From positions 62,001-126,000 of the forward strand of contig NIVC01000851.1 of NCBI GenBank assembly GCA_002269645.1: a stretch of 64,000 nucleotides of DNA. The letters are read 5' to 3'. The translations under genes and the position numbers were made by a program. Source of the stretch: Macrostomum lignano (taxonomy: Eukaryota). Of this stretch, positions 1 to 12,489 are shown one piece after another; position 1 is the stretch's first letter; the number at the start of each line of letters is the position of its first letter. Below the pieces are notes generated by a model, which made no database searches, was not told the origin of the DNA, and worked only from the letters and a program-made list of their open reading frames with translations.

Positions 1-51
1 GTGGCGCGAGAGTTGAATGGACAGACCGGCATTAAGACTGGCGCTGCCTAC

Positions 52-1143
52 CTGGAGTTGGTGCCGCACCACTGGGAGTGGCGCCTGCGCTGCTGCTGGA
101 GCTCGGCGGCCGACGGGTCAGCCGAAGACACGCCGGAGGATGAAGCTACGAGGCTTCGAGCAGTCGGCGACATCGCTGCGTCCGCCTCCTCCAGTCCGGA
201 GTCCTTGAACTCTTTATAGTCTTTGTTGCCAGCGTTTACGTAGTCTTTGTAGCGCCCGTCTTCGTCCTCGAAGTTTTCATAGTCGTCTTCGTCGTCTTCT
301 TCGGCGCCGTGCAGTCCGGGGGTCGACGCTGGCAGCGAGGCAGCGCAGTGCTCGAGGCTCTGGGCGACGTCCTCAGCGAACATGTGGTCGTAGTGGGCCG
401 GCGGCGTCGCCTCCAGCAGGTCGCGAAATATCGCCGCCAGTCGGCGAAGATGCCGCACCGGCTCCGTCAGGCAGCGGCGCAGCGGCGGCAGTGGCGTCGC
501 CGAGGGGGCTGATCGGCGCGCCATGCGCAGCGCCGTCCGCGCCTCAGGACAGGCGGCCAGCAGGGCGCGCAGGAGGCGCAGCGCCGTGGCATTCAAATTG
601 TCGGCATAGTCCCGATACTGGTCGCACAGCTGGTACAGCCGGGCCCGGTAGATCTGGCCGGCGTTGTCCACCAGGCCGCGAAGACTCTGCGACTGCCTGA
701 TGAGGCTCAGCGAAGAGCAGCTGGCCTCAAGCAGGTCCTCCAGGTTGAAGAACATCGCCCGGTGCTCGTCCGGTGTCAGGAACTCGGCCAGTCTGTCAGC
801 GTAAAACTGTCGGCAGGCGGCCAGCCCCAAAGCGAAGGCCTCCTCGCTGCTGGCCAGGCGGGCCACGGCCGCTTGGCGGGCCGCTTCGTTGGCCACTTCG
901 TCGACGCTTGGGCGCGAAGACGGTTGGGGCATCGGCGGCGGCAGTGGCTGCATTTGATTATTGAATCCACGCCGAGACAAGGAGAACGTGCTGAATGGTT
1001 CCTGTTGCAGTATCTGCTGCTGTTGCGGCTGCTGTTGCTGCTGCTGAGGTTGCGGCTGCCGTGGATTCGCAGCATCTGCAGTAGCTCTGTCAACATCCGC
1101 CAGCCAGCGTTGAACTCGAATCTCCAAGCGACCCGGGCTCTGT
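52..1143 (-). CDS. Large exon of a PDZ-DH (RhoGEF-like) gene: end of the PDZ domain, Q/P-rich linker, Dbl-homology domain, acidic tail
   Basis: Acceptor ttaaacAG at 1145-1144. The exon reads (R)QSPGRLEIRVQRW, the PDZ C-terminal strand. The DH signature is RQAAVARLASSEEAFALGL...FLTPDEHRAMFFNLEDLL...LTEPVRHLRRLAAIFRDLLEATPPAHYD. It ends either at donor CAG|GTAGGC (51-50), with the gene continuing beyond the window, or at TAG 50-48. Confidence 0.85.
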
Positions 1144-1224
1144 CTGTTTAATAATAAATCAGATTTACTAGCTCGTAATATGCTGGTTTGTGGGTTCTTT
1201 GAATCAGAGATCCACCCTCACCAT

Positions 1225-2052
1225 CCCTCCTCACTGTCCTCTCCTCACTCTCCTCTCCTCACTCTCCTCTCCTCACTGTCCTCTCCTCACTCTCCTCTCC
1301 TCACTCTCCTCTCCTCACTCTCCTCTCCTCACTCTCCTCTCCTCACTGTCCTCTCCTCACTCTCCTCTCCTCACTCTCCTCTCCTCACTCTCCTCTCCTC
1401 ACTCTCCTCTCCTCACTGTCCTCTCCTCACTGTCCTCTCCTCACTCTCCTCTCCTCACTCTCCTCTCCTCACTCTCCTCTCCTCACTGTCCTCTCCTCAC
1501 TGTCCTCTCCTCACTCTCCTCTCCTCACTTTCCTCTCCTCACTGTCCTCTCCTCACTCTCCTCTCCTCACTCTCCTCTCCTCACTGTCCTCTCCTCACTG
1601 TCCTCTCCTCACTCTCCTCTCCTCACTCTCCTCTCCTCACTGTCCTCTCCTCACTGTCCTCTCCTCACTCTCCTCTCCTCACTCTCCTCTCCTCACTGTC
1701 CTCTCCTCACTGTCCTCTCCTCACTCTCCTCTCCTCACTCTCCTCTCCTCACTGTCCTCTCCTCACTGTCCTCTCCTCACTCTCCTCTCCTCACTTTCCT
1801 CTCCTCACTCTCCTCTCCTCACTCTCCTCTCCTCACTCTCCTCTCCTCACTCTCCTCTCCTCACTCTCCTCTCCTCACTCTCCTCTCCTCACTGTCCTCT
1901 CCTCACTGTCCTCTCCTCACTCTCCTCTCCTCACTTTCCTCTCCTCACTCTCCTCTCCTCACTCTCCTCTCCTCACTCTCCTCTCCTCACTCTCCTCTCC
2001 TCACTCTCCTCTCCTCACTCTCCTCTCCTCACTGTCCTCTCCTCACTCTCCT
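1225..2052. repeat. 14-bp CT-rich minisatellite (CTCACTCTCCTCTC)n, intronic
   Basis: Tandem periodicity read directly. Confidence 0.95.
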
Positions 2053-3219
2053 AAATGCTAATAAAATACTATGTACTATTCAATAGAAAAAAGGCTGCTG
2101 TATGAATGAGCTATACTAGAGCAGCTGAGCATACTGAACACACTGTTGGAGCACTTTGAAAGCATCTCCACTGTCTAACTCCAGGTATTTGTTCTATCAA
2201 CCGACAATACCTTTCGCTATCTATTGTTAAGCCTCAGCTACATGTATAGAGCCAATAACTCATACTGCATGCACTGACTAATGCGGTGCCTACAGACAGT
2301 CTGCTCAGGTCTGAGTCACCTCAGCTCCCCTGTCTTTCTTAGTCCACGTCCCTCCCGCAGAGGACAAACGCACCGGGGCAGCTGCTTTTAAAAGAAGAAA
2401 GACTAGAAACAGTTGGACTGAGACTTTCTATCATGGAGGGGGACCCAGCCAGACAAGAAGGCTGCAGGAAACGCTGAGGCAACACAATTCTCTCCTAGAA
2501 GCCAGCAATAGCAGCTGAGGTGTTTATAATATGCACGTATTTATAATCTCAATACAAAGCCGACTGCTCAAGCAGACCTCGCTGTGACCTGAGCAGGTTA
2601 ACCCCCGAGGTCGCGCTCAGCCCCCCCCCCCGCAGACAAAGCACTGGCGGTTGGTAGTTGGGCAATGAAAAAACGCAGCCGAGCCCCCGAGCTAAAGAAG
2701 AAAGAACATGAGCAGAGTGAGAAGGGGTGGGGTTGGGCAGAAGCGGAAGCAGTCTTACTCAAGACAGAATCTATTTTTTTATCTTCCACGTTGCAAGTTA
2801 AGAGAGAAGGCCGGCCCTGCCTGCCCGCCTCTTCCTGACTTAATTCCGAATGAGAGATAAGAGGCGGCTCCTCAGCCCGCCCTGTAAGAGCTCGAGTGGA
2901 ATGTTTTCTATATACTCTTCTGTCTCACTGACTCAAGTCAGGGGGGGGGCACATCGGGCCACCAGTGGAATCAGACTGGGGTAGCCCGTTCTGGCATCAA
3001 GTCGAAATGAGCAGATGAGATGAGAGAGAAATTCTGCCGAATTGGCTTCTCAGTTTACATACTATCTGCTCACCGATCTGCTTCTGCTCAGCTCTTTCTA
3101 CTTTTATCATCGTTCCTCAGCTACAACGGAAGAAAACTCAGAGTCAGTTTAGCCCCAGGGGTTGGCAAACTTCACATTCGCAATGGCAACCATGCCCACT
3201 CAATGTGTGACTCGCCTCA

Positions 3220-4030
3220 GCTCTCTTCTCTCCTCTCTCCCCTCTTCTCTCTTCTCTCCCCTCTTCTCTCTTCTCTCCCCTCTTCTCTCTTCTCTCCTCT
3301 CTCCCCTCTTCTCTCTTCTCTCCTCTCTCCCCTCTTCTCTCTTCTCTCCCCTCTTCTCTCTTCTATCCTCTCATCTCTCTTCTCTCCCCTCTTCTCTCTT
3401 CTCTCCCCTCTTCTCTCTTCTATCCTCTCTCCCCTCTTCTCTCTTCTCCCCTCTCTCCCCTCTTCTCTCTTCTCCCCTCTCTCCCCTCTTCTCTCTTCTC
3501 CCCTCTCTCCCCTCTTCTCTCTTCTCTCCTCTCTCCCCTCTTCTCTCTTCTCTCCTCTCTCCCCTCTTCTCTCTTCTCCCCTCTCTCCCCTCTTCTCTCT
3601 TCTCCCCTCTTCTCTCTTCTCTCCTCTCTCCCCTCTTCTCTCATCTCTCTTCTCTCCCCTCTTCTATCTTCTCTCTTCTTTCCTCTCCTAACTCTTCTCT
3701 CTTCTCTCCCCTCTTCTGTCTTCTCTCTTCTCTCCCTTCTTCTCTCTTCTCTCCTCTCCTCTCTCCTCTCTTTCCACTCCCCTCTTCTGTCTTCTCTCTT
3801 CTCTCCCCTCTTCTCTCTTCTCTCTTCTCTCCCCACTTCCCTCTCCTCCTCCTCTCCTCTCTCCCTTCTTCTCTATTCTCTCCTCTCTCTCTCCAGCCCC
3901 TCTGCTAGCTCTCCTCTCCCTCTTTTTTCTTCCCTTTTCTCTCTCTCCTCTCCCCTCTCATTTCCTTTATTCTTCCCTCTCTTCTCTTCTCTCATCTCAT
4001 CTTTCTTCTATTCCCTCTCCTCTCCTCTCT
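3220..4030. repeat. Degenerate CT-rich polypyrimidine satellite, intronic
   Basis: CTCTTCTCTCCC-type units. Confidence 0.9.
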
Positions 4031-5321
4031 CGCCTGACCCGCAGCCAAGAGCATGGATTCTCCACCCGGCCCTTGGGATAAAAAAGTTTGCCTGTCCTCG
4101 ATTTAGCAGTCGCAACCGCACAACTACAGAGATAAGAAAACATGGATCAAACGGTCCCTCATTCCCAAGGTCACGGATGGCTTCAGTCTTTGTTGCGTGT
4201 TCCCTTTGTTTCTTCTATCCGAGCTCGTCAAAGCGAAGAGCAATTTTTGAGTACCAAATTTCGCCTCCGGGAAAAAGAAATTCGACACGCCTCCGTCAGT
4301 GACACTTTTCTCCATCGTTTGCAACCCTCAGGCAGTGAGGCTGGGGACTGCGCTTGCTTTGTGCTCTGGCCGGCAAAGCAAATCAGACATTGAAAACAAT
4401 TGCAAGGTGTCGGCTCTCTCACGGGCCAGGTAAATTCACAGGGACACTAATGCAGCATCCCCAGTTCCCCCTTCGACAGCTAGCTCTTTCCCATCTCCCT
4501 TCTACCCTTATACCAAGTCTCCCATCTCCCCATTATATAAACATTCACCCAGTCTGCTCATTCCCCAAATCTCCCATCTCCCCCATTCCCCAAATATCCC
4601 ATCTCCCCATTCCCCAAATATCCCATCTCCCTATACCCCAAATCCACCAATTCATTATTTAGAATGTGAAACACAGTGTTGGAGAACAAAGACTTGCACT
4701 GGAATGCAAGGGACGAGATACTTTAAAATAAATATATGCAAAAAGGGACTTTTTAAACCAGCACACACACAGCATCACTAACCCGCCAGTAGCAGGCCTC
4801 ACTGATGAAAGAGGACCCCAATGGGCTTCAATAAAGCTGCAATTCTCTACATTCATGCAGCTTCGCGTTCCCCGGCAGTCTTTGTCCAAACACAAAGACC
4901 CTTGGGGAGAATTCCACAATTTCCACCGCAGCAGTTGGTGGCTGTGCCTCTGCTAAAAACAGTTTTGAAAACATCTAGCATTGACAGCAAGAGGAGTAAC
5001 TAGCACTTGTTGACTGGCAAAGTCAGTTGTAAGTTTTCTTAGCACATTATTCACTTTGATGGAGCGAGAGAGGAGGCTGAGGATGAAGCGGTCCGGATTC
5101 CCGATTGAAGATTTACGATATGTAGAAATGCATAAACACAGGCTGTGCGGTCTTTCTCCTTCTCTCCCCTCCAGCCCACCTGGATGTTTGAACAGCTGCG
5201 CACACTTTTTGCACTGAAACTCTAAGTTAGTCTTCTTCTACTAAAAGAAATTCTCCAGAAAAAAATGCTGCAATTTGTCTCCTCAGTGACCCACTTTCTC
5301 TGACTCGTGTAGCTAAGGCAA

Positions 5322-5819
5322 GAATGGATTGCTAATCTAGCCAACATAATGAATGCATGAAGGAATATAATGGATTGCTAATCTAGTCAATATCTCATTG
5401 ATGAAGGAATGGAATGGATTGCTAATCTAGCCAACATAATGAATGCATGAAGGAATAGAATGGATTGCTAATCTAGCCAACATCATTTATGAAGGAATAG
5501 AATGGATTGCTAATCTAGCCAACATCATGAATGCATGAAGGAACAGAATGGATTGCTAATCTAGCCAACATCATTTATGAAGGAATAGAATGGATTGCTA
5601 ATCCAACCAACATCATTGATGAAGGAATAGAATGGATTGCTAATCCAACCAACATCATTGATGAAGGAATAGAATGGATTGCTAATCTAGCCAACATCAT
5701 TGATGAAGAAATAGAATGGATTGCTAATCTAGCCAACATCATTGATGAAGGAATAGAATGGATTGCTAATCTAGCCAACATCATTGATGAAGGAATAGAA
5801 TGGATTGCTAATCTAGCCT
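5322..5819. repeat. 42-bp minisatellite (GAATGGATTGCTAATCTAGCCAACATCATTGATGAAGGAATA)n
   Basis: About 11-12 copies, ending ~30 nt from the PDZ exon donor. Confidence 0.95.
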
Positions 5820-5849
5820 AAACCCATTGTCAGTCGGCCAGCCGCTCAC

Positions 5850-6040
5850 CTGATGGCCCGCACCACCCGGTCGCAGCAGCAGCTGAGCACCGAGTCGCCA
5901 TTGATTGACACGACGATGTCGCCGCTGCGAATTCCAGCCAGGCCGGCGGCGGACCCGGCGTCCACTTTGCCGACCCGAGTGGGCTGCGACCCGACCAGGG
6001 TGAAGCCGAAGCCGCCCTGGCAGCTGCGAGCCAGCGAGAA
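5850..6040 (-). CDS. PDZ-domain exon of the PDZ-DH gene (frame not in the ORF track)
   Basis: Acceptor cttcttctcgcgtccAG (6042-6041), donor AG|GTGAGC (5849). It translates FSLARSCQGGFGFTLVGSQPTRVGKVDAGSAAGLAGIRSGDIVVSINGDSVLSCCDRVVRAI, with a GFGF carboxylate loop and GD..ING motifs. The phase-2 end joins in frame to the 1143 exon. Confidence 0.9.
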
Positions 6041-6311
6041 CTGGACGCGAGAAGAAGGGTTGCAAGTTGCATTTGGCTCTCTTTGCTTACCGATAAGGTA
6101 AGCCTACTAATATGTACTTCATTTTGTCACGTGATTATACTTTTCTGGTCACGTGATTTGAATTCGCTAGTCATGCAAGGAATTGCTAGTCACGTGATTT
6201 GAATTCTCCACATAGTAAAAATTGCCACATATTTGAAGTGTTGCGCCATCTTACAACCAGCGAAGCCTACCATTAACCCCCCTGCCCTCTCCAGTGCCCC
6301 CTCCCGCTCAC

Positions 6312-6604
6312 CGTTCGCTGCTCAGTCCTGCCGCCTGGCCCGGCACCAAACCCGTCCCCGACGGTCACGCCGCAGGCTGGTACAGCGAAAGCCGCCGCTG
6401 CCGCCGCCGGCTCAGCCGAATCCAGAGTCGGAGGGTTCAACGGCGCCTGCCGGTCCAAGTCTGGCGCGCTCAGAACGAATCGCCAGCCCTCGGCCAGGCC
6501 GTAGGGGTCCTCGCCGTTGTCGTCTTCGTCTGGCTGAGGCTGCCGGCGCCGGCGGAGCAGCAGGCAGCCGCTCGTCGCGCTGCGGGGGATTGCGGGTGCC
6601 GGTG
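6312..6604 (-). CDS. Upstream exon of the PDZ-DH gene
   Basis: Open frame ...PAIPRSATSGCLLLRRRRQPQPDEDDNGEDPYG...GPGGRTEQRT with phase-0 donor ACG|GTGAGC at 6311. This joins the PDZ exon to give EQRT-FSLARSCQGGFGF. The 5' boundary is uncertain (tatAG at 6606-6605 or a nearby AG). Confidence 0.65.
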
Positions 6605-7164
6605 CTATACTTTCGGATATCCGTGTCTTGTGTTGTCCGCCCAGATAGTACAAGTGCTTTCTGATCTCCCCCCAGATATTCCAAGCATCTTAAAGTATCC
6701 GGTCCTCCGATCTCATCCGATCTCAAGCTGCTTTACATTCTCCGGGGTGCTTCCAGTCTCCCCCCGGAAGTCACAAGCAGGTTGAAATATCCGGCCGAAA
6801 AACTACTGTTTGCTTTGCGATATCCGGATTGTGATGTCCGGGTCAAAGAACGATAATGTATAAAAAATGATTTTTTGGAACACAAGGACTAAGTGAAAGT
6901 GTTTCAAGGATGTAAAATTACTGAGTTTGGAAAATTTTTAAACGTTTTTAAATACTATATATAATTTGGTAAATGAATGCCCTGCTTGTTGATGTTGTTG
7001 TTGGTTGTTTGCCCTGGCAAAGTCACATTTGTCTTGCAATCTCCGGCCGGAGACTGCAAGCGCACGGAGATTGCAAAGCCTAACACCGGGAGTTGAGCTC
7101 GGCTGTCCGACTCGAACTCGCTCTCTGCCGCTCTTCTCTTGTTCTTCCCTTCTTGCCCTCTCAA

Positions 7165-7575
7165 CCACTTCTTCCGCTCTCTTCCCCACCTGTTCTTCCG
7201 CTCTCTTCCCCACCTGTTCTTCCGCTCTCTTCCCCACCTGTTCTTCCGCTCTCTTCCCCACCTGTTCTTCCGCTCTCTTCCCCACCTGTTCTTCCGCTCT
7301 CTTCCCCACCTGTTCTTCCGCTCTCTTCCCCACCTGTTCTTCCGCTCTCTTCCCCACCTGTTCTTCCGCTCTCTTCCCCACCTGTTCTTCCGCTCTCTTC
7401 CCCACCTGTTCTTCCGCTCTCTTCCCCACCTGTTCTTCCGCTCTCTTCCCCACCTGTTCTTCCGCTCTCTTCCCCACCTGTTTTTTCGCTCTCTTCCCCA
7501 CCTGTTCTTCCGCTCTCTTCCCCACCTGTTCTTCCGCTCTCTTCCCCACCTGTTCTTCCGCTCTCTTCCTCCCAT
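7165..7575. repeat. 24-bp minisatellite (TTCTTCCGCTCTCTTCCCCACCTG)n
   Basis: Near-perfect tandem copies. Confidence 0.95.
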
Positions 7576-8324
7576 TTTGTTCCGCTCTCTCTCTCTCTCT
7601 CTCTCTTGTTCCCAATCTCACCATTATCCGCTATATTTTTATTTTTCAATTTGTTTATTACGTAATTCCAAATTATCGTCTTCCATCAAGTTATTCCCTT
7701 GACTTACTCCTTGACTGTCTCTTCTTGGCTTTTATCTTACTTCCACGCTCCCGTCCGCCTCTGCGCACTAACCATAAAGTAAATCTAACATATCTCGCAG
7801 TTTAGCTCTGATTAACCAACTTGACTATTTGCTAATCCGACTTGAACTAGTTCAGACAGTTAGGCAAGGGTTTCTTTCTGGGTCACTATTGTGCGATTAG
7901 CCTGCTTGGGTACACACACGCCTTAAGCTGCGAAATTCACTACCGCTAAAATAACGTCCCATTTCTGTTCTAAGATTCTTTTAACTGCGAAGTTCTTCGT
8001 ATCTGCTTCTTATACTTTCTGTCTCGAATTTCTAGACCGTTGCCACCGAGCCCGACCGCGAGGATCCCGCATGGATCCCACACGGACTCGGGACAGCGCT
8101 ACAGGGGCATAACGGAGTGTGGGAACACGCTCTCTCTTTCTCTCTCTCTCTCGAGCAAACGCAAAAGATTTTGTCCAATGCTAAGTCAAGTTGAACCTCG
8201 ACGCTCTTGCTACATGCGGCACTCTCACGCACACCGACTTGTCACAGCACTTTTTGTTGGCTTACAAGCTTTTTTAGTTATCATTTATACTAGCGTTGAT
8301 GTTAAATGCATCTTTTCATGTACA

Positions 8325-8795
8325 CTTCTCCAGTCTCCTCAGGTTGTTCCTCTGAATCTCCTCAGGTTGTTCCCCTGAATCTTCTCAGGTTGTTCCCCTG
8401 AATCTTCTCAGATTGTTCCCCTGAATCTCCTCAGGTTGTTCCCCTGAATCTTCTCAGATTGTTCCCTTGAATCTCCTCAGGTTGTTCCCCTGAATCTCCT
8501 CAGGTTGTTCCCCTGAATCTTCTCAGGTTGTTCCCCTGAATCTTCTCAGATTGTTCCCCTGAATCTCCTCAGGTTGTTCCCCTGAATCTTCTCAGATTGT
8601 TCCCCTGAATCTCCTCAGGTTGTTTCCCTAAATCTCCTCAGGTTGTTCCTCTGAATATCCGCTGGTTGCTCCTCTGAGTCTTCTCAGGTTGTTCCCCCGA
8701 ATCTTCTCAGGTTGTTCCCCCGAATCTTCTCAGGTTGTTCCTCTGAATCTTCTCAGGTTGTTCCTCTGAATCTCCTCAGGTTGTTTCTCTGAACC
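8325..8795. repeat. 23-bp minisatellite (GAATCTCCTCAGGTTGTTCCCCT)n
   Basis: Tandem copies. Confidence 0.95.
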
Positions 8796-8913
8796 TCTAA
8801 TGCTCCGCTCCTCCTTTCTTCCCCTTTCCTCCTCTTCTTTCTGCCCAGTCTCACTCCTGTACTCCCCAATCTCATCGTGGTCTCCCTAAATTCAAAAATA
8901 TTGCAAAACTCAC

Positions 8914-9143
8914 GCATCAGCTGGCAGGACGCCGCCATGCCGCAGGCCCAGCCGCTGTCGCTGCCGCAGGTGCGGCTCCTCATCCCGCATGCCGGTGAAG
9001 GCCAGATCAACCGCACGGCCGCACCTGCCACTGCCGCTGCTGCAGTCGGAGTTCGAGTCGGAGTCTGACTCCTTTCGGAAGCAGCTCAGCGGTCGCAGCA
9101 GCTTGCCCAGTCCTCCGCGCTTCTGAGTTGCTGCCGTGTGCAT
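8914..9143 (-). CDS. Probable first coding exon of the PDZ-DH gene
   Basis: GC-rich island. Acceptor ctcttgcAG at 9150-9149 is followed by ccaaATG (9143); reads MHTAATQKRGGLGKLLRPLSCFRKESDSD...; donor GC|GTGAGT at 8913. The phase link to the next exon is unresolved. A further strong minus-strand donor GAG|GTAAGC at 13552 may end a 5'UTR exon. Confidence 0.5.
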
Positions 9144-9465
9144 TTGGGCTGCAAGAGTCTGTCAATAGCGTGGGAATGCAGTTAATACATTTTGGCTGCA
9201 TGTGTCTTGGCCGCCCTATATTTAAAGCGCAGTTTGCTACTGTGACAGCCCGATTGGTTCCCAGTGCTCTGGGCCAATTCGAGAATTGTCTTTTGTGTTC
9301 TATTTTTAGAATCAACGTCATTTCCCGCCCCAATCTACTTCTGTTCCGTATGCGATTGTTATAGTAGTCAGCTTTATCTGGCCAAAGAGTACCAGACCAA
9401 GTAGTCTGAGCTGGAGATCTCTCCCAAATCAATGAGAATTAATTGTACTGAATGAACCATCTTAA

Positions 9466-11020
9466 ACAATCTAGACACATTCACAATCTAGACACATTCA
9501 CAATCTAGACACATTCACAATCTAGACACATTCACAATCTAGACACATTCACAATCTAGACACATTCACAATCTAGACACATTCACAATCTAGACACATT
9601 CACAATCTAGACACATTCACAATCTAGACACATTCACAATCTAGACACATTCACAATCTAGACACATTCACAATCTAGACACATTCACAATCTAGACACA
9701 TTCACAATCTAGACACATTCACAATCTAGACACATTCACAATCTAGACACATTCACAATCTAGACACATTCACAATCTAGACACATTCACAATCTAGACA
9801 CATTCACAATCTAGACACATTCACAATCTAGACACATTCACAATCTAGACACATTCACAATCTAGACACATTCACAATCTATACACATTCCCAATCTAGA
9901 CACATTCACAATCTAGACACATTCACAATCTAGACACATTCACAATCTAGACACATTCACAATCTAGACACATTCACAATCTAGACACATTCACAATCTA
10001 GACACATTCACAATCTAGACATATTCACAATCTAGACACATTCACAATCTGTACACATTCACAATCTAGACACATTCACAATCTAGACACATTCACAATC
10101 TAGACATATTCACAATCTAGACACATTCACAATCTAGACACATTCACAATCTAGACACATTCACAATCTGTACACATTCACAATCTAGACACATTCACAA
10201 TCTAGACACATTTACAATCTGTAAAAAATCACAATCTAGACACATTCACAATCTAGACCCATTCACAATCTAGACATATTCACAATCTAGACACATTCAC
10301 AATCTGTAAAAAATCACAATCTAGACACATTCCCAATCTAGACACATTCACAATCTAGACACATTCACAATCTAGACACATTCACAATCTAGACACATTC
10401 ACAATCTAGACACATTCACAATCTGTACACATTCACAATCTAGACACATTCACAATCTAGACACATTTACAATCTGTAAAAAATCACAATCTAGACACAT
10501 TCACAATCTAGACCCATTCACAATCTAGACATATTCACAATCTAGACACATTCACAATCTGTAAAAAATCACAATCTAGACACATTCCCAATCTAGACAC
10601 ATTCACAATCTAGACACATTCACAATATCTAGACACTTTCACAATCTAGACACATTCACAATCTAGACACATTCACAATCTAGACACATTCACAATCTAG
10701 ACACATTCACAATCTAGACACATTCACAATCTAGACACATTCACAATCTAGACACATTCACAATCTAGACACATTCACAATCTGTACACATTCACAATCT
10801 AGACGCATTCACAATCTAGACACATTCACAATCTAGACACATTCACAATCTAGACACATTCACAATCTAGACACATTCACAATCTAGACACATTCACAAT
10901 CTAGACACATTCACAATCTAGACACATTCACAATCTAGACACATTCACAATCTAGACACATTCACAATCTAGACACATTCACAATCTAGACACATTCACA
11001 ATCTAGACACATTCACAATC
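9466..11020. repeat. 17-bp minisatellite (TCTAGACACATTCACAA)n with an internal higher-order duplication
   Basis: About 90 copies; a variant block is repeated at a 255-bp offset (10211 vs 10466). Confidence 0.97.
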
Positions 11021-11539
11021 CACTCCAAATGTTTTATCTCGAACTCCATGGCAGAGCTTATCGGGGTAACTTGAAATACAAACTTTTTACAGTCCGGGGT
11101 AAATGAGTCATCTATATTGATTCGTAATCTTGTTTAGTTGGGCTTACAGAAGTGGGACACAAATTTTACGATTAATGCTAACTTTTATAGGGCCAGTGGG
11201 TGCAGTGCAAAGTGCTGGTAGACAAGCAGGTGAGGAGCTTGGCTTCATAGCTGATCCTCAACTGCGATCCCTATCTGAGGATTCATGTCTGAGGATTCAT
11301 GTAGATTCCCACTGCGTCGGGATTTTTGATAAGGGGGAAATGGGATTGGGGTTCAGGCACAGGTTGGGCCATCGATACAGACAGGTGAATGAATGCTATT
11401 TCGAACTTGCTTTGGTTATCAATTGTATGAAGCAGACTCGTTGCTGTTCGAAGCTGGGGACAGAATGGGGAAAAAAGAAAGACTACTAAAAATACTGATG
11501 ATATCAAACACAGCGGGGGGCACACTAGGGGATTTGTGA

Positions 11540-12140
11540 AGAGGAGAGGGAGAAGAGGAGAGGAGAGTGAGAAGAGGAGAGGAGAGTGAGAAGAGGAGAG
11601 GAGAGGGAGAAGAGGAGAGGAGAGGGAGAAGAGGAGAGGAGAGGGAGAAGAGGAGAGGAGAGGGAGAAGAGGAGAGGAGAGGAGAGGGAGAAGAGGAGAG
11701 GAGAGGAGAGGGAGAAGAGGAGAGGGAGAAGAGGAGAGGAGAGGAGAGGGAGAAGAGGAGAGGGAGAAGAGGAGAGGAGAGGAGAGGGAGAAGAGGAGAG
11801 GAGAGGGAGAAGAGGAGAGGGAGAAGAGGAGAGGAGAGGGAGAAGAGGAGAGGGAGAAGAGGAGAGGAGAGGAGAGGGAGAAGAGGAGAGGAGAGGGAGA
11901 AGAGAAGAGGAGAGGGAGAAGAGGAGAGGGAGAAGAGGAGAGGAGAGGAGAGGGAGAAGAGGAGAGGGAGAAGAGGAGAGGAGAGGAGAGGAGAGGGAGA
12001 AGAGGAGAGGAGAGGGAGAAGAGGAGAGGGAGAAGAGGAGAGGAGAGGGAGAAGAGGAGAGGGAGAAGAGGAGAGGAGAGGGAGAAGAGGAGAGGGAGAA
12101 GAGGAGAGGGAGAAGAGGAGAGGAGAGGAGAGGGAGAAGA
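11540..12140. repeat. GA-rich polypurine satellite
   Basis: GAGGAGAGGGAGAA-type units. Confidence 0.93.
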
Positions 12141-12489
12141 CCTTGCAAGGAACTTGTGCCCATGCATGTGATTAGCTTGCTGATCCCATACGATCTGATT
12201 GAGGTCTTTGCGAAAGTCAGGAATGCCATAATTTGAAGGCTTGAAAATGCAAAAACAGATGCAGAAGCTCTTTCATTAAGTGGAGCAAGTGCATTGTCAG
12301 GATTAGATACAGCTATTTATTCAAGCTCGTTCTTTCTTTCGTAGAAAACTTGATGTACATGTACGAGCGTATGATGAATTGATCATTCGAGAATCTTGAG
12401 TACTGCAATGTTTCTTTACAGAAACGTTGGTACCTTTTTAACGGAGAATGCTGAGATACCGATAAAATGCTAAATGAGAGTTTATAAGA

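Noticed and set aside
6955-7140. Possible degenerate C2-domain exon (LGFAISVRLQSPAGDCKTNV) of the PDZ-DH gene
   Set aside because: No polypyrimidine acceptor or good donor, and the similarity is too weak to support.
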